A stretch of DNA of 64,000 nt from Eledone cirrhosa. Its lineage: Eukaryota. The stretch spans positions 370,822,001 through 370,886,000 of the forward strand of contig OZ024742.1 of NCBI GenBank assembly GCA_964016885.1. The letters run 5' to 3'. Both the position numbers and the translations under genes were made by a program. The notes under the pieces were generated by a model. The model saw nothing but the letters and a program-made list of their open reading frames with translations, was not told the origin of the DNA and made no database searches. This document shows positions 51,301 through 64,000 of the stretch, piece by piece. The first letter of the stretch is position 1. Every line of letters begins with the position of its first letter.

Positions 51301-54300
51301 ATAAAAGCACACATCTGGCCTTCATCAGTGTGTTAGACAGTGTCACCTTAGCTGAGCAATGAAAACACACCTCTGGCCTTCAGCAGTGAGCTAGACAGTG
51401 TCACCTTAGCTGAGCAATAAGAGCACACATCTGGCCTTCATCAGTGTGTTAGACAGTGTCACCTTAGCTGAGCAATGAAAACACACCTCTGGCCTTCAGC
51501 AGTGTGTTAGACAGTGTCACCTTAGCTGAGCAATGAAAACGCACCTCTGGGCTTCAGCAGTGTGTTAGACAGTGTCACCTTAGCTGAGCAATGAAAACAC
51601 GCCTCTGGCCTTCAGCAGTGTGTTAGACAGTGTCACCTTAGCTGAGGAATGAAAACACACATCTGGCCTTCAGCAGTGTGTTAGAGAGTGTCACCTTAGC
51701 TGAGCAATGAAAACACGCCTCTGGCCTTCAGCAGTGTGTTAGACAGTGTCACCTTAGCTGAGCAATGAAAACATACCTCTGGTCTTCAGCAGTTTGTTAG
51801 ACAGAGTCAGCTTAGCTGAGCAATGAAAACACACATATGGCCTTCAGCAGTGTGTTAGACAGTGACACCTTAGCTGAGCAATGAAAACACACCTCTGGCC
51901 TTCAGCAGTGAGCTAGACAGTGTCACCTTAGATGAGCAATAAAAGCACACATCTGGCCTTCATCAGTGTGTTAGACAGTGTCACCTTAGCTGAGCAATGA
52001 AATAACACATCTGGCCTTCAGCAGTTTGCTAGACAGTTTCACCTTAGCTGAGCAATGAAAACACACATCTGGCCTACAGCAGTGTGTTAGATAGTGTCAC
52101 CTTAGCTGAGCAATGAAAACACATCTCTGGCCTTCAGCAGTGTGTTAGAGAGTGTCACCTTAGCTGAGCAATAAAAGCACACATATGGCCTTCAGCAGTG
52201 TGTTAGACAGTGTCACCTTAGCTGAGCAATGAAAACACACATCTGGCCTCCAGCAGTGTGTTAGACAGTGTCACCTTAGTTGAGCAATGACAACACACCT
52301 CTGGCCTTCAGCAGTGTGTTAGACAGCGTCACCTTAGCTGAGCAATGAAAACATACATCTGGCCTTCAGCAGTGTGTTAGACAGTGTCACCTTAGCTGAG
52401 CAATGAAAACACACATCTGGCCTTCAGCAGTGTGTTAGACAGTGTCACCTTAGCTGAGCAATGAAAACACACATATGGCCTTCAGCAGTATGTTAGACAG
52501 TGTCACCTTAGCTGAGCAATGAAAACACACATATGGCCTTCAGCAGTATGTTAGACAGTGTCACCTTAGCTGAGCAATGAAAACACGCCTCTGGCCTTCA
52601 GCAGTGTGTTAGACAGTGTCACCTTAGCTGAGCAATGAAAACACGCCTCTGGCCTTCAGCAGTGTGTTAGACAGTGTCACCTTAGCTGAGCAATGAAAAC
52701 ATACCTCTGGTCTTCAGCAGTTTGTTAGACAGAGTCAGCTTAGGTGAGCAATGAAAACACACATATGGCCTTCAGCAGTGTGTTAGACAGTGTCACCTTA
52801 GCTGAGCAATGAAAACACACCTCTGGCCTTCAGCAGTGAGCTAGACAGTGTCACCTTAGCTGAGCAATAAAAGCACACATCTGGCCTTCACCAGTGTGTT
52901 AGACAGTGTCACCTTAGCTGAGCAATGAAAACACACATCTGGCCTTCAGCAGTTTGCTAGACAGTTTCACCTTAGCTGAGCAATGAAAACACACATCTGG
53001 CCTACAGCAGTGTGTTAGATAGTGTCACCTTAGCTGAGCAATGAAAACACACATCTGGCCTACAGCAGTGTGTTAGATAGTGTCACCTTAGCTGAGCAAT
53101 GAAAACACACATCTGGCCTACAGCAGTGTGTTAGATAGTGTCACCTTAGCTGAGCAATGAAAACACACCTCTGGCCTTCAGCAGTGTGTTAGAGAGTGTC
53201 ACCTTAGCTGAGCAATAAAAGCACACATATGGCCTTCAGCAGTGTGTTAGACAGTGTCACCTTAGTTGAGCAATGACAACACACCTCTGGCCTTCAGCAG
53301 TGTGTTAGACAGTGTCACCTTAGCTGAGCAATGAAAACACACATCTGGCCTTGAGCAGTGAGTTAGACAGTGTCACCTTAGCTGAGCAATGAAAACACAC
53401 ATCTGGCCTTCAGCAGTGTGTTAGACACTGTCACCTTAGCTGAGCAATGAAAACACACCTCTAGCCTTCAGCAGTTTGCTAGACAGTGTCACCTTAGCTG
53501 AGCAATGAAAACACACCTCTGGCCTTCAGCAGTGTGTTAGACAGTGTCACCTTAGCTGAGCAATGAAAACGCACCTCTGGGCTTCATCAGTGTGTTAGAC
53601 AGTGTCACCTTAGCTGAGCAATGAAAACACACCTCTGGGCTTCAGCAGTGTGTTAGACAGTGTCACCTTAGCTGAGCAATGAAAACGCACCTCTGGCCTT
53701 CAGCAGTGTGTTAGACAGTGTCACCTTAGCTGAGCAATGAAAACACACCTCTGGCCTTCAGCTGTGTGTTAGACAGTGTCACCTTAGCTGAGCAATGAAA
53801 ACGCACCTCTGGGCTTCAGCAGTGTGTTAGACAGTGTCACCTTAGCTGAGCAATGAAAACACACCTCTGGGCTTCAGCAGTGTGTTAGACAGTGTTACCT
53901 TAGCTGAGCAATGAAAACACACCTCTGGCCTTCAGCAGTGTGTTAGACAGTGTCACCTTAGCTGAGCAATGAAAACACACCTCTGGGCTTCAGCAGTGTG
54001 TTAGACAGTGTTACCTTAGCTGAGCAATGAAAACACACATCTCGTCTTCAGCAGTGTGTTAGACAGTGTCACCTGAGCTGAGCAATGAAAACACACATAT
54101 GGCCTTGAGCAGTGTGTTAGACAGTGTCACCTTAGCTGAGCAATGAAAACACACATCTGGTCTTCAGCAGTGTGTTAGACAGTGTCACCTTAGCTGGGCA
54201 ATGAAAACACGCCTCTGGCCTTCAGCTGTGTGTTAGAAAGTGTCACCTTAGCTGAGCAATGAAAACACACATATGGCCTTCAGCAGTGTGTTAGACAGTG

Positions 54301-57300
54301 TCACCTTAGCTGAGCAATGAAAACACACATATGGCCTTCAGCAGTATGTTAGACAGTGTCACCTTAGCTGAGCAATGAAAACACACATATGGCCTTCAGC
54401 AGTATGTTAGACAGTGTCACCTTAGCTGAGCAATGAAAACACGCCTCTGGCCTTCAGCAGTGTGTTAGACAGTGTCACCTTAGCTGAGCAATGAAAACAC
54501 ACATCTGGCCTTCAGCAGTGTGTTAGAGAGTGTCACCTTAGCTGAGCAATGAAAACACGCCTCTGGCCTTCAGCAGTGTGTTAGACAGTGTCACCTTAGC
54601 TGAGCAATGAAAACACACCTCTGGGCTTCAGCAGTGTGTTAGACAGTGTTACCTTAGCTGAGCAATGAAAACACACCTCTGGGCTTCAGCAGTGTGTTAG
54701 ACAGTGTCACCTGAGCTGAGCAATGAAAACACACATATGGCCTTCAGCAGTGTGTTAGACAGTGTCCCCTTAGCTGAGCAATGAAAACACACCTCTGGCC
54801 TTCAGCAGTGAGCTAGACAGTGTCACCTTAGCTGAGCAATAAAAGCACACATCTGGCCTTCATCAGTGTGTTAGACAGTGTCACCTTAGCTGAGCAATGA
54901 AAACACACCTCTGGCCTTCAGCAGTGAGCTAGACAGTGTCACCTTAGCTGAGCAATAAGAGCACACATCTGGCCTTCATCAGTGTGTTAGACAGTGTCAC
55001 CTTAGCTGAGCAATGAAAACACACCTCTGGCCTTCAGCAGTGTGTTAGACAGTGTCACCTTAGCTGAGCAATGAAAACGCACCTCTGGGCTTCAGCAGTG
55101 TGTTAGACAGTGTCACCTTAGCTGAGCAATGAAAACACGCCTCTGGCCTTCAGCAGTGTGTTAGACAGTGTCACCTTAGCTGAGGAATGAAAACACACAT
55201 CTGGCCTTCAGCAGTGTGTTAGAGAGTGTCACCTTAGCTGAGCAATGAAAACACGCCTCTGGCCTTCAGCAGTGTGTTAGACAGTGTCACCTTAGCTGAG
55301 CAATGAAAACATACCTCTGGTCTTCAGCAGTTTGTTAGACAGAGTCAGCTTAGCTGAGCAATGAAAACACACATATGGCCTTCAGCAGTGTGTTAGACAG
55401 TGACACCTTAGCTGAGCAATGAAAACACACCTCTGGCCTTCAGCAGTGAGCTAGACAGTGTCACCTTAGATGAGCAATAAAAGCACACATCTGGCCTTCA
55501 TCAGTGTGTTAGACAGTGTCACCTTAGCTGAGCAATGAAATAACACATCTGGCCTTCAGCAGTTTGCTAGACAGTTTCACCTTAGCTGAGCAATGAAAAC
55601 ACACATCTGGCCTACAGCAGTGTGTTAGATAGTGTCACCTTAGCTGAGCAATGAAAACACATCTCTGGCCTTCAGCAGTGTGTTAGAGAGTGTCACCTTA
55701 GCTGAGCAATAAAAGCACACATATGGCCTTCAGCAGTGTGTTAGACAGTGTCACCTTAGCTGAGCAATGAAAACACACATCTGGCCTCCAGCAGTGTGTT
55801 AGACAGTGTCACCTTAGTTGAGCAATGACAACACACCTCTGGCCTTCAGCAGTGTGTTAGACAGCGTCACCTTAGCTGAGCAATGAAAACATACATCTGG
55901 CCTTCAGCAGTGTGTTAGACAGTGTCACCTTAGCTGAGCAATGAAAACACACATCTGGCCTTCAGCAGTGTGTTAGACAGTGTCACCTTAGCTGAGCAAT
56001 GAAAACACACCTCTAGCCTTCAGCAGTTTGCTAGACAGTGTCACCTTAGCTGAGCAATGAAAACACACCTCTGGCCTTCAGCAGTGTGTTAGACAGTGTC
56101 ACCTTAGCTGAGCAATGAAAACGCACCTCTGGGCTTCAGCAGTGTGTTAGACAGTGTCACCTTAGCTGAGCAATGAAAACACACCTCTGGGCTTCAGCAG
56201 TGTGTTAGACAGTGTCACCTTAGCTGAGCAATGAAAACGCACCTCTGGCCTTCAGCAGTGTGTTAGACAGTGTCACCTTAGCTGAGCAATGAAAACACAC
56301 CTCTGGCCTTCAGCAGTGTGTTAGACAGTGTTACCTTAGCTGAGCAATGAAAACACACATCTGGCCTTCAGCAGTGTGTTAGACAGTGTCACCTTCGCTG
56401 AGCAAGGAAAACACACCTCTGGCCTTCAGCAGTGTGTTAGACAGTGTCACCTTAGCTGAGCAATGAAAACACACATCTGGCCTTCAGCAGTGTGTTAGAC
56501 AGTGTCACCTTAGCTGAGCAATGGAAACACACCTCTGGCCTTCAGCAATGTGTTAGACAGTGTCACCTTAGCTGAGCAATGAAAACACACCTCTGGCCTT
56601 CAGCAGTGTGTTAGACAGTGTCACCTTAGCTGAGCAATGAAAACACACCTCTGGCCTTCAGCAGTGTGTTAGACAGTGTCACCTTCGCTGAGCAAGGAAA
56701 ACACACCTCTGGCCTTCAGCAGTGTGTTAGACAGTGTCACCTTAGCTGAGCAATGAAAACACACATATGGCCTTCAGCAGTGTGTTAGACAGTGTCACCT
56801 TAGCTGAGCAATGAAAACACACCTCTGGCCTTCAGCAGTGTGTTAGACAGTGTCACCTTAGCTGAGCAATGAAAACACACCTCTGGCCTTCAGCAGTGTG
56901 CTAGACAGTGTCACCTTAGCTGAGCAATGAAAACACACATCTGGTCTTCAGCAGTGTGTTAGACAGTGTCACCTGAGCTGAGCACGGAAAACACACCTCT
57001 GACCTTCAGCAGTGTGTTAGACAGTGTCACCTTAGCTGAGCAATGATAACACACCTCTGGCCTTCAGCAGTGTGTTAGGCAGTGTCACCTTAGCTGAGCA
57101 ATGAAAACACACATATGGCCTTGAGCAGTGTGTTAGACAGTGTCACCTGAGCTGAGCACGGAAAACACACCTCTGACCTTCAGCAGTGTGTTAGACAGTG
57201 TAACGTTAGCTGAGCAATGAAAACACACCTCTGGCCTTCAGCAGTGTGTTAGACAGTGTCACCTGAGCTGAGCAATGAAAACACACATATGGCCTTGAGC

Positions 57301-60300
57301 AGTGTGTTAGACAGTGTCACCTTAGCTGAGCAATGAAAACACACATCTGGCCTTCAGCAGTGTGTTAGACAGTGTCACCTGAGCTGAGCAATGAAAACAC
57401 ACATATGGCCTTGAGCAGTGTGTTAGACAGTGTCACCTTAGCTGAGCAATGAAAACACACCTCTGGCCTTCAGCAGTGTGTTAGACAGTGTCACCTTAGC
57501 TGAGCAATGAAAACACACATATGGCCTTCAGCAGTATGTTAGACAGTGTCACCTTAGCTGAGCAATGAAAACACACATATGGCCTTCAGCAGTATGTTAG
57601 ACAGTGTCACCTTAGCTGAGCAATGAAAACACGCCTCTGGCCTTCAGCAGTGTGTTAGACAGTGTCACCTTAGCTGAGCAATGAAAACACGCCTCTGGCC
57701 TTCAGCAGTGTGTTAGACAGTGTCACCTTAGCTGAGCAATGAAAACATACCTCTGGTCTTCAGCAGTTTGTTAGACAGAGTCAGCTTAGGTGAGCAATGA
57801 AAACACACATATGGCCTTCAGCAGTGTGTTAGACAGTGTCACCTTAGCTGAGCAATGAAAACACACCTCTGGCCTTCAGCAGTGAGCTAGACAGTGTCAC
57901 CTTAGCTGAGCAATAAAAGCACACATCTGGCCTTCACCAGTGTGTTAGACAGTGTCACCTTAGCTGAGCAATGAAAACACACATCTGGCCTTCAGCAGTT
58001 TGCTAGACAGTTTCACCTTAGCTGAGCAATGAAAACACACATCTGGCCTACAGCAGTGTGTTAGATAGTGTCACCTTAGCTGAGCAATGAAAACACACAT
58101 CTGGCCTACAGCAGTGTGTTAGATAGTGTCACCTTAGCTGAGCAATGAAAACACACATCTGGCCTACAGCAGTGTGTTAGATAGTGTCACCTTACCTGAG
58201 CAATGAAAACACACCTCTGGCCTTCAGCAGTGTGTTAGAGAGTGTCACCTTAGCTGAGCAATAAAAGCACACATATGGCCTTCAGCAGTGTGTTAGACAG
58301 TGTCACCTTAGTTGAGCAATGACAACACACCTCTGGCCTTCAGCAGTGTGTTAGACAGTGTCACCTTAGCTGAGCAATGAAAACACACATCTGGCCTTGA
58401 GCAGTGAGTTAGACAGTGTCACCTTAGCTGAGCAATGAAAACACACATCTGGCCTTCAGCAGTGTGTTAGACAGTGTCACCTTAGCTGAGCAATGAAAAC
58501 ACACCTCTAGCCTTCAGCAGTTTGCTAGACAGTGTCACCTTAGCTGAGCAATGAAAACACACCTCTGGCCTTCAGCAGTGTGTTAGACAGTGTCACCTTA
58601 GCTGAGCAATGAAAACGCACCTCTGGGCTTCATCAGTGTGTTAGACAGTGTCACCTTAGCTGAGCAATGAAAACACACCTCTGGGCTTCAGCAGTGTGTT
58701 AGACAGTGTCACCTTAGCTGAGCAATGAAAACGCACCTCTGGCCTTCAGCAGTGTGTTAGACAGTGTCACCTTAGCTGAGCAATGAAAACACACCTCTGG
58801 CCTTCAGCTGTGTGTTAGACAGTGTCACCTTAGCTGAGCAATGAAAACGCACCTCTGGGCTTCAGCAGTGTGTTAGACAGTGTCACCTTAGCTGAGCAAT
58901 GAAAACACACCTCTGGGCTTCAGCAGTGTGTTAGACAGTGTTACCTTAGCTGAGCAATGAAAACACACCTCTGGCCTTCAGCAGTGTGTTAGACAGTGTC
59001 ACCTTAGCTGAGCAATGAAAACACACCTCTGGGCTTCAGCAGTGTGTTAGACAGTGTTACCTTAGCTGAGCAATGAAAACACACATCTCGTCTTCAGCAG
59101 TGTGTTAGACAGTGTCACCTGAGCTGAGCAATGAAAACACACATATGGCCTTGAGCAGTGTGTTAGACAGTGTCACCTTAGCTGAGCAATGAAAACACAC
59201 ATCTGGTCTTCAGCAGTGTGTTAGACAGTGTCACCTTAGCTGGGCAATGAAAACACGCCTCTGGCCTTCAGCTGTGTGTTAGAAAGTGTCACCTTAGCTG
59301 AGCAATGAAAACACACATATGGCCTTCAGCAGTGTGTTAGACAGTGTCACCTTAGCTGAGCAATGAAAACACACATATGGCCTTCAGCAGTATGTTAGAC
59401 AGTGTCACCTTAGCTGAGCAATGAAAACACACATATGGCCTTCAGCAGTATGTTAGACAGTGTCACCTTAGCTGAGCAATGAAAACACGCCTCTGGCCTT
59501 CAGCAGTGTGTTAGACAGTGTCACCTTAGCTGAGCAATGAAAACACACATCTGGCCTTCAGCAGTGTGTTAGAGAGTGTCACCTTAGCTGAGCAATGAAA
59601 ACACGCCTCTGGCCTTCAGCAGTGTGTTAGACAGTTTCACCTTAGCTGAGCAATGAAAACACACCTCTGGGCTTCAGCAGTGTGTTAGACAGTGTTACCT
59701 TAGCTGAGCAATGAAAACACACCTCTGGGCTTCAGCAGTGTGTTAGACAGTGTCACCTGAGCTGAGCAATGAAAACACACATATGGCCTTCAGCAGTGTG
59801 TTAGACAGTGTCCCCTTAGCTGAGCAATGAAAACACACCTCTGGCCTTCAGCAGTGATCTAGACAGTGTCACCTTAGCTGAGCAATAAAAGCACACATCT
59901 GGCCTTCATCAGTGTGTTAGACAGTGTCACCTTAGCTGAGCAATGAAAACACACCTCTGGCCTTCAGCAGTGAGCTAGACAGTGTCACCTTAGCTGAGCA
60001 ATAAGAGCACACATCTGGCCTTCATCAGTGTGTTAGACAGTGTCACCTTAGCTGAGCAATGAAAACACACCTCTGGCCTTCAGCAGTGTGTTAGACAGTG
60101 TCACCTTAGCTGAGCAATGAAAACGCACCTCTGGGCTTCAGCAGTGTGTTAGACAGTGTCACCTTAGCTGAGCAATGAAAACACACCTCTGGGCTTCAGC
60201 AGTGTGTTAGACAGTGTCACCTGAGCTGAGCAATGAAAACACACATATGGCCTTCAGCAGTGTGTTAGACAGTGTCCCCTTAGCTGAGCAATGAAAACAC

Positions 60301-63300
60301 ACCTCTGGCCTTCAGCAGTGTGTTAGACAGTGTCACCTTAGCTGAGCAATGAAAACATACCTCTGGTCTTCAGCAGTTTGTTAGACAGAGTCAGCTTAGC
60401 TGAGCAATGAAAACACACATATGGCCTTCAGCAGTGTGTTAGACAGTGACACCTTAGCTGAGCAATGAAAACACACCTCTGGCCTTCAGCAGTGAGCTAG
60501 ACAGTGTCACCTTAGATGAGCAATAAAAGCACACATCTGGCCTTCATCAGTGTGTTAGACAGTGTCACCTTAGCTGAGCAATGAAAACACACATCTGGCC
60601 TTCAGCAGTTTGCTAGACAGTTTCACCTTAGCTGAGCAATGAAAACACACATCTGGCCTACAGCAGTGTGTTAGATAGTGTCACCTTAGCTGAGCAATGA
60701 AAACACATCTCTGGCCTTCAGCAGTGTGTTAGAGAGTGTCACCTTAGCTGAGCAATAAAAGCACACATATGGCCTTCAGCAGTGTGTTAGACAGTGTCAC
60801 CTTAGCTGAGCAATGAAAACACACATCTGGCCTCCAGCAGTGTGTTAGACAGTGTCACCTTAGTTGAGCAATGACAACACACCTCTGGCCTTCAGCAGTG
60901 TGTTAGACAGCGTCACCTTAGCTGAGCAATGAAAACACACATCTGGCCTTCAGCAGTGTGTTAGACAGTGTCACCTTAGCTGAGCAATGAAAACACACAT
61001 CTGGCCTTCAGCAGTGTGTTAGACAGTGTCACCTTAGCTGAGCAATGAAAACACACCTCTAGCCTTCAGCAGTTTGCTAGACAGTGTCACCTTAGCTGAG
61101 CAATGAAAACACACCTCTGGCCTTCAGCAGTGTGTTAGACAGTGTCACCTTAGCTGAGCAATGAAAACGCACCTCTGGGCTTCAGCAGTGTGTTAGACAG
61201 TGTCACCTTAGCTGAGCAATGAAAACACACCTCTGGGCTTCAGCAGTGTGTTAGACAGTGTCACCTTAGCTGAGCAATGAAAACGCACCTCTGGCCTTCA
61301 GCAGTGTGTTAGACAGTGTCACCTTAGCTGAGCAATGAAAACACACCTCTGGCCTTCAGCAGTGTGTTAGACAGTGTTACCTTAGCTGAGCAATGAAAAC
61401 ACACCTCTGGCCTTCAGCAGTGTGTTAGACAGTGTCACCTTAGCTGAGCAATGAAAACACACCTCTGGGCTTCAGCAGTGTGTTAGACAGTGTCACCTGA
61501 GCTGAGCAATGAAAACACACATATGGCCTTGAGCAGTGTGTTAGACAGTGTCCACTTAGCTGACCAAGGAAAACACACCTCTGGCCTACAGCAGTTTGCT
61601 AGACAGTGTCACCTTAGCTGAGCAATGAAAACACACATCTGGCCTTCAGCAGTGTGTTAGACAGTGTCACCTTAGCTGAGCAATGAAAACACACATCTGG
61701 CCTTCAGCAGTGTGTTAGACAGTGTCACCTTAGCTGAGCAATTAAAACACATCTGGGCTTCAGCAGTGTGTTAGTCAGTGTCACCTTAGCTGAGCAATGA
61801 AAACACACATATGGCCTTCAGCAGTATGTTAGACAGTGTCACCTTAGCTGAGCAATGAAAACACGCCTCTGGCCTTCAGCAGTGTGTTAGACAGTGTCAC
61901 CTTAGCTGAGCAATGAAAACACACATATGGCCTTCAGCAGTGTGTTAGACAGTGTCACCTTAGCTGAGCAATGAAAACACGCCTCTGGCCTTCAGCAGTG
62001 TGTTAGACAGTGTCACCTTAGCTGAGCAATGAAAACACACATATGGCCTTCAGCAGTGTGTTAGACAGTGTCACCTTAGCTGAGCAATGAAAACACACAT
62101 CTGGCCTTCAGCAGTGTGTTAGACAGTGTCACCTTAGCTGAGCAATGAAAACACACCTCTGGCCTTCAGCAGTGTGTTAGACAGTGTCACCTTAGCTGAG
62201 CAATGAAAACACACATCTGGCCTTCAGCAGTGTGTTAGAGAGTGTCACCTTAGCTGAGCAATGAAAACACACCTCTGGCCTTCAGCAGTGTGTTAGACAG
62301 TGTCACCTTAGCTGAGCAATGAAAACAAAACCTCTGGCCTTCAGCAGTGTGTTAGACAGTGTCACCTTAGCTGAGCAATGAAAACACACCTCTGGCCTTC
62401 AGCAGTGTGTTAGACAGTGTCACCTTAGCTGAGCAATGAAAACACACATCTGGTCTTCAGCAGTGTGTTAGACAGTGTCAACTTACCTGAGCAGTGAAAA
62501 CACACATCTGGCCTTCAGCAGTGTGTTAGACTGTGTCACCTTAGCTGAGCAATGAAAACACACATCTGGCCTTCAGCAGTGTGTTAGACAGTGTCCCCTT
62601 AGCTGAGCAATGAAAGAACACCTCTGGCCTTCAGCAGTTTGCTAGACAGTGTCACCTTAGCTGAGCAATGAAAACACACATCTGGCCTTCAGCAGTGTGT
62701 TAGACAGTGTCACCTTAGCTGAGCAATGAAAACACACATCTGGTCTTCAGCAGTGTGTTAGGCAGTGTCACCTTAGCTGAGCAATGAAAACACGCCTCTG
62801 GCCTTCAGCTGTGTGTTAGAGAGTGTCACCTTAGCTGAGCAATGAAAACACGCCTCTGGCCTTCAGCTGTGTGTTAGACAGTGTCACCTTAGCTGAGCAA
62901 TGAAAACACACCTCTGGCCTTCAGCAGTGTGTTAGACAGTGTCACCTTAGCTGAGCAATTAAAACACACCTCTGGGCTTCAGCAGTGTGTTAGACAGTGT
63001 CACCTTAGCTGAGCAATGAAAACACACATCTCGTCTTCAGCAGTGTGTTAGACAGTGTCACCTGAGCTGAGCAATGAAAACACACATATGGCCTTGAGCA
63101 GTGTGTTAGACAGTGTCACCTTAGCTGAGCAATGAAAATACACATCTGGTCTTCAGCAGTGTGTTAGACAGTGTCACCTTAGCTGGGCAATGAAAACACG
63201 CCTCTGGCCTTCAGCTGTGTGTTAGAAAGTGTCACCTTAGCTGAGCAATGAAAACACACATATGGCCTTCAGCAGTGTGTTAGACAGTGTCACCTTAGCT

Positions 63301-64000
63301 GAGCAATGAAAACACACATATGGCCTTCAGCAGTATGTTAGACAGTGTCACCTTAGCTGAGCAATGAAAACACACATATGGCCTTCAGCAGTATGTTAGA
63401 CAGTGTCACCTTAGCTGAGCAATGAAAACACGCCTCTGGCCTTCAGCAGTGTGTTAGACAGTGTCACCTTAGCTGAGCAATGAAAACACACCTCTGGCCT
63501 TCAGCAGTGTGTTAGAGAGTGTCACCTTAGCTGAGCAATGAAAACACGCCTCTGGCCTTCAGCAGTGTGTTAGACAGTGTCACCTTAGCTGAGCAATGAA
63601 AACATACCTCTGGTCTTCAGCAGTTTGTTAGACAGAGTCAGCTTAGCTGAGCAATGAAAACACACATATGGCCTTCAGCAGTGTGTTAGACAGTGTCACC
63701 TTAGCTGAGCAATGAAAACACACCTCTGGCCTTCAGCAGTGAGCTAGACAGTGTCACCTCAGCTAAGCAATAAAAGCACACATCTGGCCTTCATCAGTGT
63801 GTTAGACAGTGTCACCTTACCTGAGCAATGAAAACACACATCTGGCCTTCAGCAGTTTGCTAGACAGTTTCACCTTAGCTGAGCAATGAAAACACACATC
63901 TGGCCTACAGCAGTGTGTTAGATAGTGTCACCTTAGCTGAGCAATGAAAACACACCTCTGGCCTTGAGCAGTGTGTTAGAGAGTGTCACCTTAGCTGAGC
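45380..64000. repeat. 58-bp tandem satellite, consensus GACAGTGTCACCTTAGCTGAGCAATGAAAACACAC(C/A)TCTGGCCTTCAGCAGTGTGTTA, about 320 copies, runs off right edge
   Basis: Unit starts at 45421, 45479 and so on to 63979 (320x58 minus 2). A degenerate partial first copy is at 45380-45420. Confidence 0.99.

Overview
Animal (non-prokaryotic) heterochromatin-like DNA with no intact protein-coding gene. The window holds a ~33 kb array of a 38-bp G-rich satellite (1-33001, about 868 copies, open at the left edge) and a ~18.6 kb array of a 58-bp satellite (about 45380-64000, about 320 copies, open at the right edge). A ~12.4 kb AT-rich island separates them. It contains decayed RTE-type and CR1-type LINE fragments, tRNA-derived SINEs, a TTAA-flanked piggyBac-like MITE, microsatellites and many fold-back inverted repeats. 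The SINEs resemble octopus repeats as I recall them; no search was run to confirm this. Main discovery: three complete type-I hammerhead ribozyme motifs on the minus strand (40136-40171, 43283-43370, 43546-43611) plus a folded-back half motif (35043-35102), in or near inverted repeats typical of Penelope-like element ends. One motif carries the compensatory U3-A8 core pair in place of C3-G8. Both satellites share a GACAGTGTC...ACCTTA core and show multi-kb higher-order duplications. Ribozyme activity and family assignments are inferred, not tested.
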